A stretch of DNA of 64,000 bases. It comes from Narcine bancroftii. Taxonomy: Eukaryota. Where the stretch lies: positions 242,110,001 through 242,174,000 of the forward strand of contig NC_091470.1 in NCBI RefSeq assembly GCF_036971445.1, given 5' to 3'. The translations under genes were made by a program, and so were the position numbers. Under the pieces are notes generated by a model, which saw only the letters and a list, made by a program, of their open reading frames with translations, was not told where the DNA came from and searched no databases. Positions 48,846 to 62,160 of this stretch are shown piece by piece; the stretch's first letter is position 1, and each line of letters starts with the position of its first letter.

Positions 48846-51800
48846 TGCAGTGGGCCGAGTGACAGCGCAGGTGGACGGGCCGAATCGCCGCAACAGTTCG
48901 CCATCCCAAGATGCCGCGGGCCCTCCTTCACTACTGAGAAGAAGCCAGCGGTTCACACCACGTGTGAGCTAAAGGAAACCCACTTCTGTGTGGCGCACCG
49001 CCGGCCGAGGAGTGATGCAGTGACGCGCTGATGTCACTTCTTGGCGCCAGCGCATACGTCATTGGAAGTGAGCATCCCCCACGGGGCAACACAGCGAATT
49101 GAAACATTAAAGTCAGTTTTTGGTTCACCCTCATACTGGACATCTCTTCATTTCGTAGCGCTGCCGCAGCATTTGCTAAGGTGGCGACCCCAATGGTTCC
49201 AATGACTTGGAACTTGCATTGAATGCATCAAAATACAAGAATCCACTACTACTACTACAGTTGCAAAGACTGCAACTGGCTGAGTCCCAGTTCCACTTCA
49301 GGGGAATCGTCTGAGAGAACACCAAATTCTGGCATGTCGTCAGTGCTTTGGATGCTGCTACTGCTGCCAAAGTAAGCTCCTTTGTGGAGAACCTGCCAAT
49401 GGAGCGCAAGTACGATCAGTTCTGGCGGTTCCTCCTCAACTCCCTAGAACTTCAGATCTTAAATATGCAGGGCCTAGGTGACAGGAATCCCTCCCAGCTC
49501 ATGCATGAGATGGTGGCCCTAGCAGATGGGCATACAGACTGTTTCCTCTTCGAGGCCCTGTTCCTCTCCCAGCGGCCAGTTTCCTCACTGTTTCAGACAT
49601 GGATTTCAGCGCCCCACACTTGGTAGCCAAGGAAGCAGACAGGCTCCTCCGTACCCCACTGCAGAGGTCCCTCCACGTGCAATCCGGCTACGCCATTGGC
49701 ACCACCATCACGACCAGCCCGCCGGAAACCCCAATAGTGGCTGCGGCACAGCAGCAACGCAACGGGTGCATAGAGAAGCACACCGCTGATGTGACTGAAA
49801 TGCCCGGTGCACCCCAACGTGCTCATACCCCACTACCAAACCTAACATGGCAACAGGAAACAGGCAAGCCAGCTGCCGATAGTGGTCTTAGCGGTTGGTG
49901 CCCTGAAAGGCCTACTCTACCTCAGAGACCAAAAGTCGAAGAGGGACTTCCAAGTTGGCACGAGCGCAGAAATCAGCCTCATCCCGCCAACGTATGTCAA
50001 GGCAGAATCAACCCCAAGAGCCTTCCCCTGCAAGCGGCCAATGGATCCTCCATCCTGAGCTACAGGACCCATCTGGTCACCATCCACATTGTGCACTCCC
50101 ATTAGAAGATTGTGTCTGCAATTACGGCCGTGGGACAGGCGCTTCTCGGAGCGGACTTCCTATGGGCACATGAACTGCTGGTGGACATGACAAGAAGCTG
50201 GTTAGTGAATGCTACCACATTCCAGTCTTTCCCCCTCACCCTGAGGCAACATTCCTTCCGACCATTAGCAATCCACGCCCTGGACCGAGATGAGTTCACC
50301 TGCCTACTGGCCAGGTACCCAGCCTCACTGGCCCCAAACCTCCATGACTCTAACCCGCCACATTGCATGGAGCTCCACATAGAGAATGCCAGGCCCCTAG
50401 TGCATGCACGGGCCCGGTGCCTCCCACAAGACAAGCTCCAACATGCCAAGGCCGAGTTCGCTGCCATGGAGGAGCTGGGGATTGTCCGCCGTTCAAACAG
50501 CCCCTGGGCCTTCCCACTCCACATGGTGCAGAAGAACTCTGGTGGTTGCCGCCCATGCGGCGACTACATTAGGGTGAACAATGTGACAGTCCCAGACAGG
50601 TACCCCATCTTGCACATCCAGGACTTTGCCATGAGGCTACAGGACTGGCATATTTTCTCCAAGGAGGACCTTGTCAAAGGATACCACCAGATCCCGGTAC
50701 ACCCCAGCAATATTCTGAAAATGGCAATCATCACACCCTTCAGCCTTTGAGTTCCTGCCGATGCCCTTTGGACTAAAAAACTGCTGCCCAGACATTCCTG
50801 CGACTGATGGATGTGGTCAGTAGGGACCTCAATTTTATCTTCGTCTATTTAGACAACATCCTTATTGGCAGGCCCGCCATCAGCACTCACAGGAAGCATC
50901 TGACCCTCCTGTTTGACAGTGCCAATTTGGCTCAGAGACAATAGACTTCTTGGGACACCGCATCACCCCAGAGGGAGCCACGCCACTGCCTGACAAGGTA
51001 GAAGCCATTCAAAATTTCTCCAATCCGAGCACGACCAAAGGCATGCAGGAGTTCATGGAGATGGTTAATGTTTACCAACCCTTCCTACTGGGAGCGGCCA
51101 CCCTCATGCAGCCCCTGTTCGTTCTCGTCAAACTCTGCCAAAAATGCTTCAGTGGACACTGGATGCCACAGAAGCTTTCCACGCCATGAAGGTGACACTG
51201 GCGCACCCTGACTCCACCTCCCCCCAGCCCTTACAACAGATGCAGTAGGCACAGTGCTGGAGCAATGAGCCTGGTGCCCCCTAGCCGCCTTCAGTAAGCA
51301 CCTTCGATTGCCAGAGCTAAAATACAGCACGTTCAACTGTGAACTGTTGTCCCTATACCTGGCGATACGGCATTTCTGGTACCACCTACACAGACCACAA
51401 ACCACTCACCTACGCACTCGGCAAGGTCCTGGACCCGTGGTCGGTGAGGCAACAGCAGCACCTCTCCTACATCTCAGAGTATGCCATGGACATTTGTCAC
51501 GTCACAGGCAAGTCCAACATGGTGGCCGACGGGCTGTCCAGACCCACGATCGCTGCAGCCTCAGGAGGGCTCGACATTGCTCAGCTTGCCAAGGACCAGA
51601 CGGAGGACGCAGACGACCAGGCCCACAGGATAGCCATCGCCAACCTGAAGGTCAGCGATTTCTTCCCCTCACCAGGAGGCCCGTCCCTGCTATGCGACAT
51701 CTCCACAGAGTTTCCCAGACCTATCCTACCTGTGACCTGGCGATGGAGAGTTTTCAACCAGATCCACGGCCTATCCCACCCTTCCATAAAGTCCACGGTC

Positions 51801-53128
51801 CACCTACTGTCCGACAAGTTCATGTGACGTGGCCTCCACTGAGACGTGACCCTGTGGGGCCGAACCTGTTTACAGTGTCTGCGTGCCAAGGTACACCAGC
51901 ACACGAAAGCCCCATTCCAGACTGTTGAGCTGGCGCAATGCCGGTTCAAGCATGTCCACGAAGACATGAGCCAGGAAATGTGGTAGTCGCGACGATTGAC
52001 TGTTTGACCTGCTGGCCGGAGGCAATACCTATACCTGTGTGGAATACAGAGAAGTGTGCGAGGGCTTTCCTATCCACCTGGGTTGCGCGCTTCGGAGTCC
52101 TGACCCACATCACCTTGGACTGAGGGGCACAGTTCACCTCCTCACTCTGGTCCAACCTGACTAAATTTTGCGGCAGTCAAGTACACCGCACCATGGCCTA
52201 CCACCCCCAAGCAAACAGCCTGGTTGAGCATTTCCATCGCCATCTGAAGGCTTCCTTGAAATCCAGCTGCATGGCCCAAACTAGGTGGATGAGCTCCCAT
52301 GGGTACTCCTAGGCATTCACATGGCACTGAAGGAGGACCTGCCAGCCTCGTTTGCAGAGATGGTATATGGTTTCCCACTCACCATTCCCGGGGACATCCA
52401 TTTCACCCCCCCAAAACCCCGGCCCACAGCCCAGTGCCTTAGACATCCTCCAGAGGTTGAGGGTGTAAGTGGGTGAATGGCTCCTCCACCACTGTCTTGA
52501 CATGGCTCGCTGCGCAGCTACATTCCCACTGACTTGCAGTCCACCCACTATGTTTTCATAAGGAGAGGTCAGCAAGGAACACCCCTACAGTGCCCGTAAG
52601 AAGGCCTGTTCAAGGTACTACAGAGAGACGATGTGTTTACACTGGACATCGGCAGCCAATAGGACAGATTCACATTCGACCACCTCAAAGCCACGCACCT
52701 CGACTCCGGACCCCCAGGTCGGATGCTCGGGGGGGCGGTGGCTATTCTGGGGGGCGGTGGCTATTCTGGGGGGCGGTGGCTATTCTGGGGGGCGGTGGCT
52801 ATTCTGGGGGGAGGTGTAGCGGGCCAAGCAACTGCGCGGGTGAATGGGCTGAATCGCTGCAACAGTCAGCCATCCCAAAATGGCGTGGGCCCTCATTCAC
52901 TACTGAGAATAAGCCCACGTGCGAGCTAAAGGAAACTCCCCGTTTCTGTGTCATGCACTGCCAGCTGAGGAGTGGCGCAGTGACATGCTGACATCACTCC
53001 TGGAAGCCGACGCATACATCTCCAGAAGAGGGCGTTCCCCATGGGGCAACGCAACAAATTCAAATAGTAAAATCAGTTTTTGGTTCACCCTCGGACTGTG
53101 TGGACGTCTCCTTGCAGCAGTTGCTACA
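48846..53128 (+). mobile_element. Ty3/Gypsy LTR retrotransposon, defective, with both LTRs
   Basis: TSD ATAT (48842-48845 and 53129-53132). LTRs 48846-49179 and 52815-53128; PBS-like TGGCGACCCC (49182-49191); G-rich PPT. LLGADFL, RPCGDY..PDRYP, YLDN and integrase motifs. Confidence 0.93.
52730..52811. repeat. Perfect 19-bp minisatellite (GGGGGGCGGTGGCTATTCT)x4 plus G6
   Basis: Units start at 52730, 52749, 52768 and 52787. Confidence 0.95.
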
Positions 53129-54334
53129 ATATTTTTTTCTAAACTTAGATAAGACCCATCATTTAGACATTGTGTGTGTGAAGGTGGAGTAATGTCTTTC
53201 CATTTAATCAGAATTGCACATCTGGCTATCAAGTAAAGCTAAAATTCAGCTTTGCGTTGGGTCAATAAGACTTCATCTTCTTGAAATGGTCTGAATAGAG
53301 CAATTAAAGGGCGAGGATTTGACCTTAAGAATCACTGATATGTTTGAAAAATATCTTTCAAAAATGTTTCTAAATTGGAGCAAATCCAGAACATGTGGAT
53401 CAAAGCATCAGCAATTTTGCATTTATCACATAGTGGATTTATATCTGAATAAAAATGAGATCATTTAACTTTGGACATATGTACTCTATCAACCACTTTA
53501 AATTGCAACAAACACCGTTGTGCACAAAAGGAGGTCGTATTAATCAAATTACATATAGAGTTCCAAACAACATCCAAAAATGATAGATTCAAATCTTGTT
53601 CCCAATCGTTCTTGATCTTAACTAGCAAAGCTATTCTTAAATATAGCAAGTTATTATAAATAATAGATATTCAACCTTTATGGGAAAGCTGTAAATCAAA
53701 AATATTTGCCTCAGGAATTCATGGAAAATCCGGGCTGTTTGAACAAAATGTATAATTTGTAAATATCTAAAAATAATGAGTTCTGCAAGTTCAATTTTAC
53801 TACCAATTGTTCAAGGGAAGCAAAATTGATTTGAATAAAAAGGTCTTTAAAAGCCCTATCTAATAAAGAAGGTTGGAAAAAATGATTAGATGTAATAGAG
53901 CTGGCAAGAAAAAAATTCTGAAATCTAAAGAACCTTCTGAATTGTGTCTATATTCTCAAATGGCAGTTTTTTCAGGTTAGAGAAAAATAATGTAAAGCTT
54001 TATTTGTATGGTGAAAAAGATGGAAAAATTACACAAAAAATGGTTAAAAGGTTTAAGTGAACAGTTTCTTCACTTCAGTTTTTGAAATTTCTAATTGCTC
54101 AGATATAAATTACATTGTAGTTTGTTCCAGTTAGTCAGTCTATTAAAAAAAATCTTAATGCTGTTTTCAGAATTATGGTCCGATTTACCATCATTGGTTG
54201 TTTTAAAAATGTGGACAATATGTAAAATAAAAAAAAATAAGAATGATAAAATATTATTTGGAATGATGAGTTTGTTTTGGAAATATCCAATTAATGCAAA
54301 CCAAAGAGGCAGGGAAAAGGTGTTTTAAACCCTA

Positions 54335-54550
54335 GGGGGTGGCAGAGTTAGCTGTACAGCGCCAGTGACTGAGGTTTGAATCTGGCACTGACTGTAAGGA
54401 GTTTGTACATTCCCCTGTGTCTGCTTGGGTTTCCTCCGGGGGCTCCAGTTTCCTCCTCCTCTTCCAAACGTACCAGGGTTGGTCAATGAGGTGTAATTGG
54501 GTAGCATGTGCTCGTGGGCCAAAAGGTCCTGTTAAAGTGCTGTATATCTA
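54335..54550 (+). mobile_element. V-type tRNA-derived SINE
   Basis: GGTTTGAATC B-box, GGGTTTCCTCCGGGGGCTCCAGTTTCCTCC V-domain, CR1-type tail. Confidence 0.8.
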
Positions 54551-54727
54551 AGTTAAAATAAATGAACAAGATGTGGTAACTTAGAATGCTTTGAACATAG
54601 CAGCTCACAAGGAGAAGCAATATATGTGGTGTATTTCTATGTTATTAATTTCCTCTTTATGCCTTAATGTCTTGTATCTTGTTTCATGTTCTTATTATTG
54701 ATAGTACATATTTTGATTTTGTTGAAG

Positions 54728-55003
54728 GTTTCATTGCTTCAGATATGACGTCGAGGAATTCTAGCACTCAACTATGGCTCATCACCCATTATCATGAAAA
54801 TGGTTCACTTTATGACTATTTACAACGTAACACTGTGGATACTGTAGTCTGTCTGAATTTTGCCTTATCTATAGCCAATGGTTTAGTGCACCTCCACAAT
54901 GAAATTTTTGGAACTGAGGGAAAACCTGCAATTGCTCACAGAGATTTGAAAAGCAAAAATATCTTAGTTAAAAAGAACCTGCATTGTTGCATTGCTGACC
55001 TAG
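54728..55003 (+). CDS. acvr1l: acvr1l coding exon 6: L45 loop and catalytic loop
   Basis: GAAG| acceptor and G|GTGAGT donor. [28 protein letters not shown]; ALK1/2-type L45 loop (SMAD1/5/8). Confidence 0.98.
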
Positions 55004-55092
55004 GTGAGTCCATAAAAGTGCCACATTATCAACACTTTTGAAGAAAGGGACTCTAAATGACAGTAACTATTCATCAGAATCTCTCTCTTTAG

Positions 55093-55290
55093 GGTTAGCA
55101 GTGATGCATTCACAGACCAATAATCAACTGGATGTTGGAAATAATCCTAAAGTGGGCACAAAACGTTATATGGCACCAGAAGTACTTGAGGAATCTATTC
55201 AGGTTGACTGCTTTGATGCTTACAAACGTGTGGACATTTGGGCATTTGGACTTGTATTGTGGGAAGTAACTAGAAGAACATTCAGTAATG
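55093..55290 (+). CDS. acvr1l: acvr1l coding exon 7: activation segment
   Basis: TTTAG| acceptor and G|GTAAGT donor. [29 protein letters not shown]. Confidence 0.98.
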
Positions 55291-55454
55291 GTAAGTATTA
55301 CTACAATAGATATCTTTTTTGGGGTATTTTTAATCAAATTGAATTTAAGAAAAGTAAATTACTAGAAAAATTTGTACAAATAATGCATTTTTTAATAATA
55401 TGTTTAACCTTTATATAGTATCCAAAAGTGCGGTATATAAAGTGCATTGATTCT

Positions 55455-56270
55455 AGAATGATTCCCATAGGCTGGAAGATAACAAGTATAACACTGCTGT
55501 TCGAGACCAGTTAACCTGATACCAATAGTGAAGGAAATGCTGCAATAAGTTCTTAAAGAATGATAACAGGACACACAAAATAAAAGTAGGAATGAGCAAC
55601 TATGAAAGAAAAATTACATTTCATGAACCTATCAGTTGCTTGAAGTTGTAATATAATAGATGAAGGAGAAGCAATATATGTGGTGTATTTAAGCTTTCAG
55701 AAGACCTTCAATAAGATATCACGCAAAAGGTTATACAGAATTGAAGTGCATGAATTGAGGATTGGTTAATGGACATAAAACTGTAGGAACTGTCGACAGG
55801 GAGACTGTGGCTAGTGGGGTGTTACAAAGATGAATTCCACAGCTGTTAACAATCTATGGATAAGGAGATGAAAATGCAATATATTCAATAGAATCCATGT
55901 AATTGGGGAGAACAAGGGGGTGGAAATAGTGTGATAGATATGAAGTGATTCACTTTGGCAGAAATGATAGAAAAATTATTTTTTTTAAATAGTAAAAAAT
56001 TAAAACACATAAATTAACATTAATCAGATACAAATGTAATTAGCATGATCTTTATTCCAAGAGGATTGACTACAAGAGTAAAGACATATTACTATTACAT
56101 TAGACTCTGAAAAGACCTGACCTGGAATATTTTTCGAGAGCGAGTGTCCCAACATGAAAAGTATACTTGTAATGGAATGAGTGCAACAATTTCTTGAATA
56201 TGGATGCACCTGATGTGAGAAATTAAGCAGGCGTAGCCTCTAGAATTTAGAAGAATGTGAGGTCATCTCA
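55455..56270 (+). mobile_element. Highly degenerate CR1 RT fragment
   Basis: IDEGEAIYVVYLSFQKTFNK resembles the CR1 motif VDVVYLDFQKAFDK; later SGVLQ-like sequence. Confidence 0.6.
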
Positions 56271-57189
56271 CATGGCTTGGCATGCCTGCTTTTTGTTCAT
56301 ACCTTGAAAGGATTGCATTGTGTAAGAACATTTACAAGGATGCGAACAAATGGGGAATGTCGAGATTATGGACCATGCAAGGCAAATGGGAATGGTTTCA
56401 TGTAGTGTTATGGTCAGCACATCCTATGCAGAAGAGTCTTCCTGTGCTGTACTGTTTTATGTTCTGGACATGCTGTACCTCCTGGAATATGGATCCGAAC
56501 ATGCAGTTGAAGCCTCACTGCCCATCTCTTTTTTTTTTAAAAAAAGTACATTAGATACCATGCAGTCTTTACCTGTGGCTAAAGATGATGCTACTGTCTC
56601 TGACAGAGCCACCACTTCCTTTCCACGTTCCAAGGAGGCACATGGTCATACCCTGGGGAGTTGTACACCATCATGCACTCCAAGACTGCCTACACTTTCC
56701 AACATTCTTGGGATGTCCCAGAGTTCTTCACTGACAGTTAATAAAAAATATAGTTATTTTGTCATGTAGAAAGTAATCGATTTGTACATGGGGAGTTCCC
56801 ACAATTAGAAAACTAGCAAAGCTGAAATGAGCTGTCATAGGAATGTGGTTGAGGGATAAATATCGGTGAGTACTCGAGCAATTGGTCGTAGAAACCCTTT
56901 CTCTGTTCGTTCTTATGCATTTTGTGAAGTCAATGACTGAAATGCTCACCTCATTTTCTCTGCATCCCAATATCAATTATAGCATCTCTGTTGTGGCCTT
57001 GATGAGATTAGCGACCAGTAATTCCATGCAGAGTGCAAATCTTTTTGGGATTTCTCTGCACTGTGCTGAACAAATCAGATGCTCAGTGGTTTTATAAAAA
57101 AAAACTATTTTTGGGCACAATTATGAGCATGTCATTCCTGAGGCTAGGGAAAATTGAGAAATTTGTGGATCATTGGGATCTCTTCTGAG

Positions 57190-59790
57190 CGAGGTCTGAC
57201 CTGTACAAAATGGACCGGAAAGGGACAAACATCCTGGTGTGCAAGTTTACTTGAGCTATTGGGGACAATTTAAACTAATTTGGCAGAGTGATAGGAACCA
57301 GAATGTGAGTGCAGAGGTGAAGGCGGAAAGAATGATGCAATGTGTTGTGGAAGAACAGACAGTGCAGGGAGCATAAATGTCGTGATTTGGAGAGTTTGAA
57401 ATGTGTTTGTTTGAATGCAAGACTTGTTCGGAATAACGGAGATGAACTTGTAGCTGTTATGGAGACTTGGCTGGTGGAAGGACATGATTGGCTGATGCAG
57501 GTACTGGGGTTTAGGTGTACTAAAAGGAATAGGATGGGAGGTAAGAGAGTGGTGGGGGGAGTAGCATTAGTGGACAGAGATAGTATCACGGCTATAGAAA
57601 TGGAGGATGCTCGAGAGACAGTGTCTACTGAGTCGGTGTAGGTGGGTCAGAAATAAGGGAGCAATCTCTATACTGGAAGTAATCTATAGGCTGCCAAGCA
57701 GCCCTCGGGACACTGAGGAACAGATTAGTAGGCAGATTTTGGAATGGTGCAGAAATTACAGGGTTGTTGTTGCAGGAGTCTTAAACTTCCCAAATATTAA
57801 CTGGCACCTCCTGACGCCAAAAGAGATAGGTGGGGCAGAATTTGTCAGGTGTGTCCAAGAAGGATTCCTGATACTGTATTTGGAACAGGCACACTGGATC
57901 TAGTGTTGGTTAATGAACCTGGTCAGGTGACAGACCTCTCAGTGGGGGAGCATTTCGGTGAGAATGACCAGAACTCCCTGTGGTTTAGCATGGCTATGGA
58001 CAAGGATAATAGCAGACAAAATGGGAAAGTATTTAATCGGGGAAGAGCTAATTATGATGGGATGAGGAAGAGCAAATTGGAAACAGGTGTTCATGGGAGA
58101 AAGCACAGAAGTAATGTGGAGAATGTTTGAAGACCATTTGCGCAGGATTCTGAATAGGTTTGTCCCACTGATACAGGGAAAAGATGGTAGGAAAAGGGAA
58201 TTGTGGTTGAGAAAACAGTTGCGGCAGCTGCTTAAGAGGAAGAAGGAAGCAGGCATTAAAGGAAGGTTCATGAAAATTGCATCATTGCCAGAAGGAGCTT
58301 AAGAAAACTCTTGGGAGAGCTCGAAGGGGGCATGGGAAGACCTTAGCAAGAAGGATTAAGGAAAACCCCAAGATGTGACGAACAGAAGGATGATGAGAGT
58401 GAAGATAGGGCTGCTTAAGCTTAAAGGAGGCAACATGTCCCTTGAGATTGGAAAGGTCCGAAATGAATAACTTTGCTTTATTAATTAGCAGAGAAAAGGA
58501 CCTTGATCAAGGTGAGGTCAGAATAAAAGCTTGTGTGGTTGTTAGGAAAGTGGTGGAGTTGACCTGAGGTGTTCAGAGCTGGAGGAGGTATCCCAAGGTG
58601 TCCGGATTGACAGAGTCATGGGCCCAGTTCAGGGATCATGAGAATGCATGTCCAGGATCGCTGAGGTCTCGTGGTGGATGATATCATGGCTTCAACCTTG
58701 TGATCTTCTGAAAAACATAACATTGGGGCTGGACAGGATATACCCCAGGTAGCTGTGGGAAGGGAGGAAAGAGATAGCTGGGGTGTTGGCTATGATCCTT
58801 GCATTCTCCTTGGCCCCAGGGCAGGTGCTGGAAGATTGGAGAATGGCAATTGTGGTCCCCTTTTTTCTTTAAAAACAAAAGGTAATAGTGAGAATCCTGG
58901 GAACTATAGAGTCTTTGTCAGTGGTGTGCAAACTATTGGAGAGGAATTTTAAGAGCAGGATTTATGAGAATTTGGAGGCGTACATTCTTGTCAGGGATTG
59001 TCAACATGAATTTATTAAGGGAGGAATGTGTGTCATGAGCCTAATTAGAAAATAGAACAGGAGTAGACAAACCGTGGCTCGCGAACCACATGCGATTCTT
59101 TGACATGAATGTGTGGCTTGCAGAGGTATTTGGCTGTGTAGTGTTAGTGGGTGTGGCTTGTGATTGCATGATTGTGGCACATGTGGCTGTGTTACGGGCA
59201 GTGGGATTAGCGGAGTGTAAGTGTGATCCAGGCTGCCTGCCCATCTGAGCTCCTGGCCGCACCCCCACCCCACCCAAGCTTACAATATCCTGGCCATAGA
59301 CTCTTATCTAGTCGAGAGGTCATTGCAACTCTATAAATTTCATGTATTGTGTCCAGTTCTTGATCACCTCATTTTAGGAAGGATGTGGAAGCCATGGAGA
59401 GGGTGCAGAGGAGATTTAGCAAGATGTTGCCTGGATTAGAAAATAAGCCATATGAGATAAGATTAGCAGAGCTAGAACATTTCTCTCTGGAGCAAAGAAG
59501 AATGAGAGGTGATTTCATAAAGGAATACATGATTCTGAAGGCAGAGATAAGCCAGACAGCCAGTGCCTTTTTCCCAGGTTGGGAATAACGAACACCAAAG
59601 GACATTTTACAGATTGAAGGGATGAAATTTTGGGAAGACATCAGGGGTAAGTTTTTTTTTTTGCACAGAGTTATGGATGTCTGGAATGCCTTGCTGGGAT
59701 GATGATGGAGGCTGAAACATTAGGAGCATTTAAGAGGCTCTTGGGCAGGCACATGAATGAAAGAAAAATAGAGGATTATAAGGTAGGAAG
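57190..59790 (+). mobile_element. Degenerate CR1 LINE (endonuclease, RT remnants, 3' end) with internal insertions
   Basis: LKCVCLNAR..VAVMETWL, IYRLP, LNFPNINW, LDLVLVN, NPGNYR, MERVQRRF. A hAT-like end is inserted near 59058. Confidence 0.82.
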
Positions 59791-60953
59791 GGTTTTGTTT
59801 TTTTGGTTGGTTGTAATTAATCGAAGATGGCAGTGCAGCTGTAGTCTGCAGCAGTATCTCCGGACCGAATGCAACAGGAACTCCCCCAAGTAGGCGCTGT
59901 GCACAATCTTTGAGCAGACGAGGATGGACATTGAAATTTGGGGAATGCGAAGCAAGAGCAGATCTCTGAAAGAGGCCACAAAGTGTACAGACTTGACTGC
60001 TGAGAGGCGGAGCTTCCATTGCAGACGATGGCTGAGGGGATTGAGGCTTCTGTTGGGACGATGTGGCCTTCAGTCTTTGGCGCCGGAGTTGACATTGCCT
60101 GTTGCTGGGGATCGTGGAGACTGTATGGCGGAGTTGTCCCGAGGTGTTCAGAGCAGCAGAGCTGGAGGAGGTGTCCAAATTGACAGAGTCATGGGCCAAG
60201 TTCAGGGATCCTGAGGATGCGTGTCCAGGATCGCTGAAATCTCGTAGTGGATGATGTCGTGGCTTCGATCTTGAGAGGTGGTGAACAGTGAGGTGGTTTC
60301 CCTTTAAAAAAAAATATTGCTGCCGTACAATTTAACATCCAGAGTCCAGCAGATACCGGTAAACCTGGTCTTGATAGCGGTGCGGTAGTAGCCCGCAGCA
60401 GTCTCTTTGGATTGGGTGAATGGTCTCTTCAATTGTGCTAGTGGACATTTAAAAAATCTAAAGACATATTTCGACCAGTCTATTCTGTAACTATTGCCCA
60501 GCCTCAGAAAATTAATGTATTGTGGCACTTTTTAAAAAAAAATACCTTTTAAGTAATTTGTGTGTAATTGGAGATGTGTGTGTAACAGAGAATGTTTAAT
60601 TTAATGATATTTCACTGTCCTGCGGGGGGATAGTGGTGGCTAAGGCCCAAGATGGCAGTGCAGCAGTCGCTCACAGAGGCCTCTTCGGGACGTGGTGCTT
60701 CTGTTCCTACGCTGTTTATAGTTGTTACGTAGCACCACGGGTTCAGGGAAACGTCTCTTTCTTAAAGCAACAAAAAGCCTATTTTCTGTGTAGGTCAGCA
60801 CAATATCAGGGGCTGGAGGGCCTGTACTGCGCTGTAGCTTTCTACGTTCCAATCAATTTAATCATTTCTGAATTGTCAGATTTATTGTGAATAATTTTAC
60901 ATTGTGAAATTTACATTTCATTTGCTTAGAATTCACGTTCTTTTTATTTGCAG

Positions 60954-61084
60954 GAATTGCAGAAGAATATAAACCTCCATTCTATGATCTGGTGCCGAAT
61001 GACCCTAGCTTTGAAGATATGCGAAAAATTGTGTGTGTGGAACAGCAAAGACCAAATATTCCTAACAGATGGTTCTCTGACCCT
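60954..61084 (+). CDS. acvr1l: acvr1l coding exon 8
   Basis: TTTGCAG| acceptor and |GTGAGT donor. [44 protein letters not shown]. Confidence 0.98.
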
Positions 61085-61445
61085 GTGAGTTCAATGCCCA
61101 TTGTTTTGAATAATAATTCAATTCCTAATTTCATTCCAAGGTATTTGGTTGTATTGCACTTGCAAAATGTTTAACAAATGCATTTGGTGCTTGTCTGTTC
61201 TTGTCTCTCTCTCTCTCGCTGTCCTCTCACACAACCTCTGCCTAAGACACTGATATGCACCATCTGGCTCTGCCCAAGGGAGCAGATAAAGAAGGGAAGA
61301 GTTTGGGACTACATGATTAAACTGTTGGATCGCCACAATGGTGGTTGATGAAGTGATAAAGAATTGAGTCAGAGAACTGGTGTGGGGGTGGGGGGGGGGG
61401 GGGTCAAAGTCAAGCATGAAGAGGAGAGGAGCCTGGGGTGCATTA

Positions 61446-62160
61446 GAAGCATAGAGCACTGCAGGGCAGAAAACAGACTCTTCAATAGTCTATATTGAAC
61501 TATTATTCTGCCTGGTCCCAATGACTTGCACTTTATACCAATCCCATCCATGTACCTATTCAAATTTTTCATGAATGCCAAAATTTGCACTTCAGCTGGT
61601 AATTCATTCCACCCTCTCGCCACTCTGCATTAAGGAGTTCACCCTAATGTTCCCTTTAACCATTTCGCCTTTCACCCTTAAACCATATCCTCTAGCTCTT
61701 GTCTCGCCTAACCTCAGTGGGAAAAGCCTCCTTACATTTACTCTATCTATACCCTCAAAATTTTGTATACCTCTATCAAATCTCCCCTTATTTTTCTATG
61801 CTCCAGGGAATAAAGTACTAACCTGTTTAATCTTTCCCTGTGACTCAGTTCCTCAAGTCCCAACAACATCCTTCTGCATTCTTTCAATCTTATTGATATC
61901 TTGTGACCAAAACTGCACAATATACTTCACATTTGGCCTCACCAATGTCTTGTACAACTTCACCATAACATCCCAATTCCTAGATCAGTACTTTGATTTC
62001 TGAAGGCTAACGTGCCAAAAGCTCCCTTCATGACCTCTACCTGTGACACCATTTTCATGGAATTAAATATCTGTATTCCCAGATCCCTCTGTTCTACTGC
62101 ACTCCTCAGCACCCTAATATTTACTATGTATATCCTATCTTGGTTAGTCTTTCCAAAGTG
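61446..62160 (-). mobile_element. CR1 LINE 3' fragment
   Basis: Collinear with 47089-47850; RVLRSAVEQRDLGIQI and WNELPAEV. Confidence 0.82.

Larger units (their letters stand above)
48326..53960 (-). mobile_element. L1 3' fragment split by the Gypsy element
   Basis: T-rich tail at about 48326. Minus ORF IKNDWEQDLN..LLQFKVVDRVHMSK followed by CDKCK; the sequence is continuous across the ATAT TSD. Confidence 0.75.
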
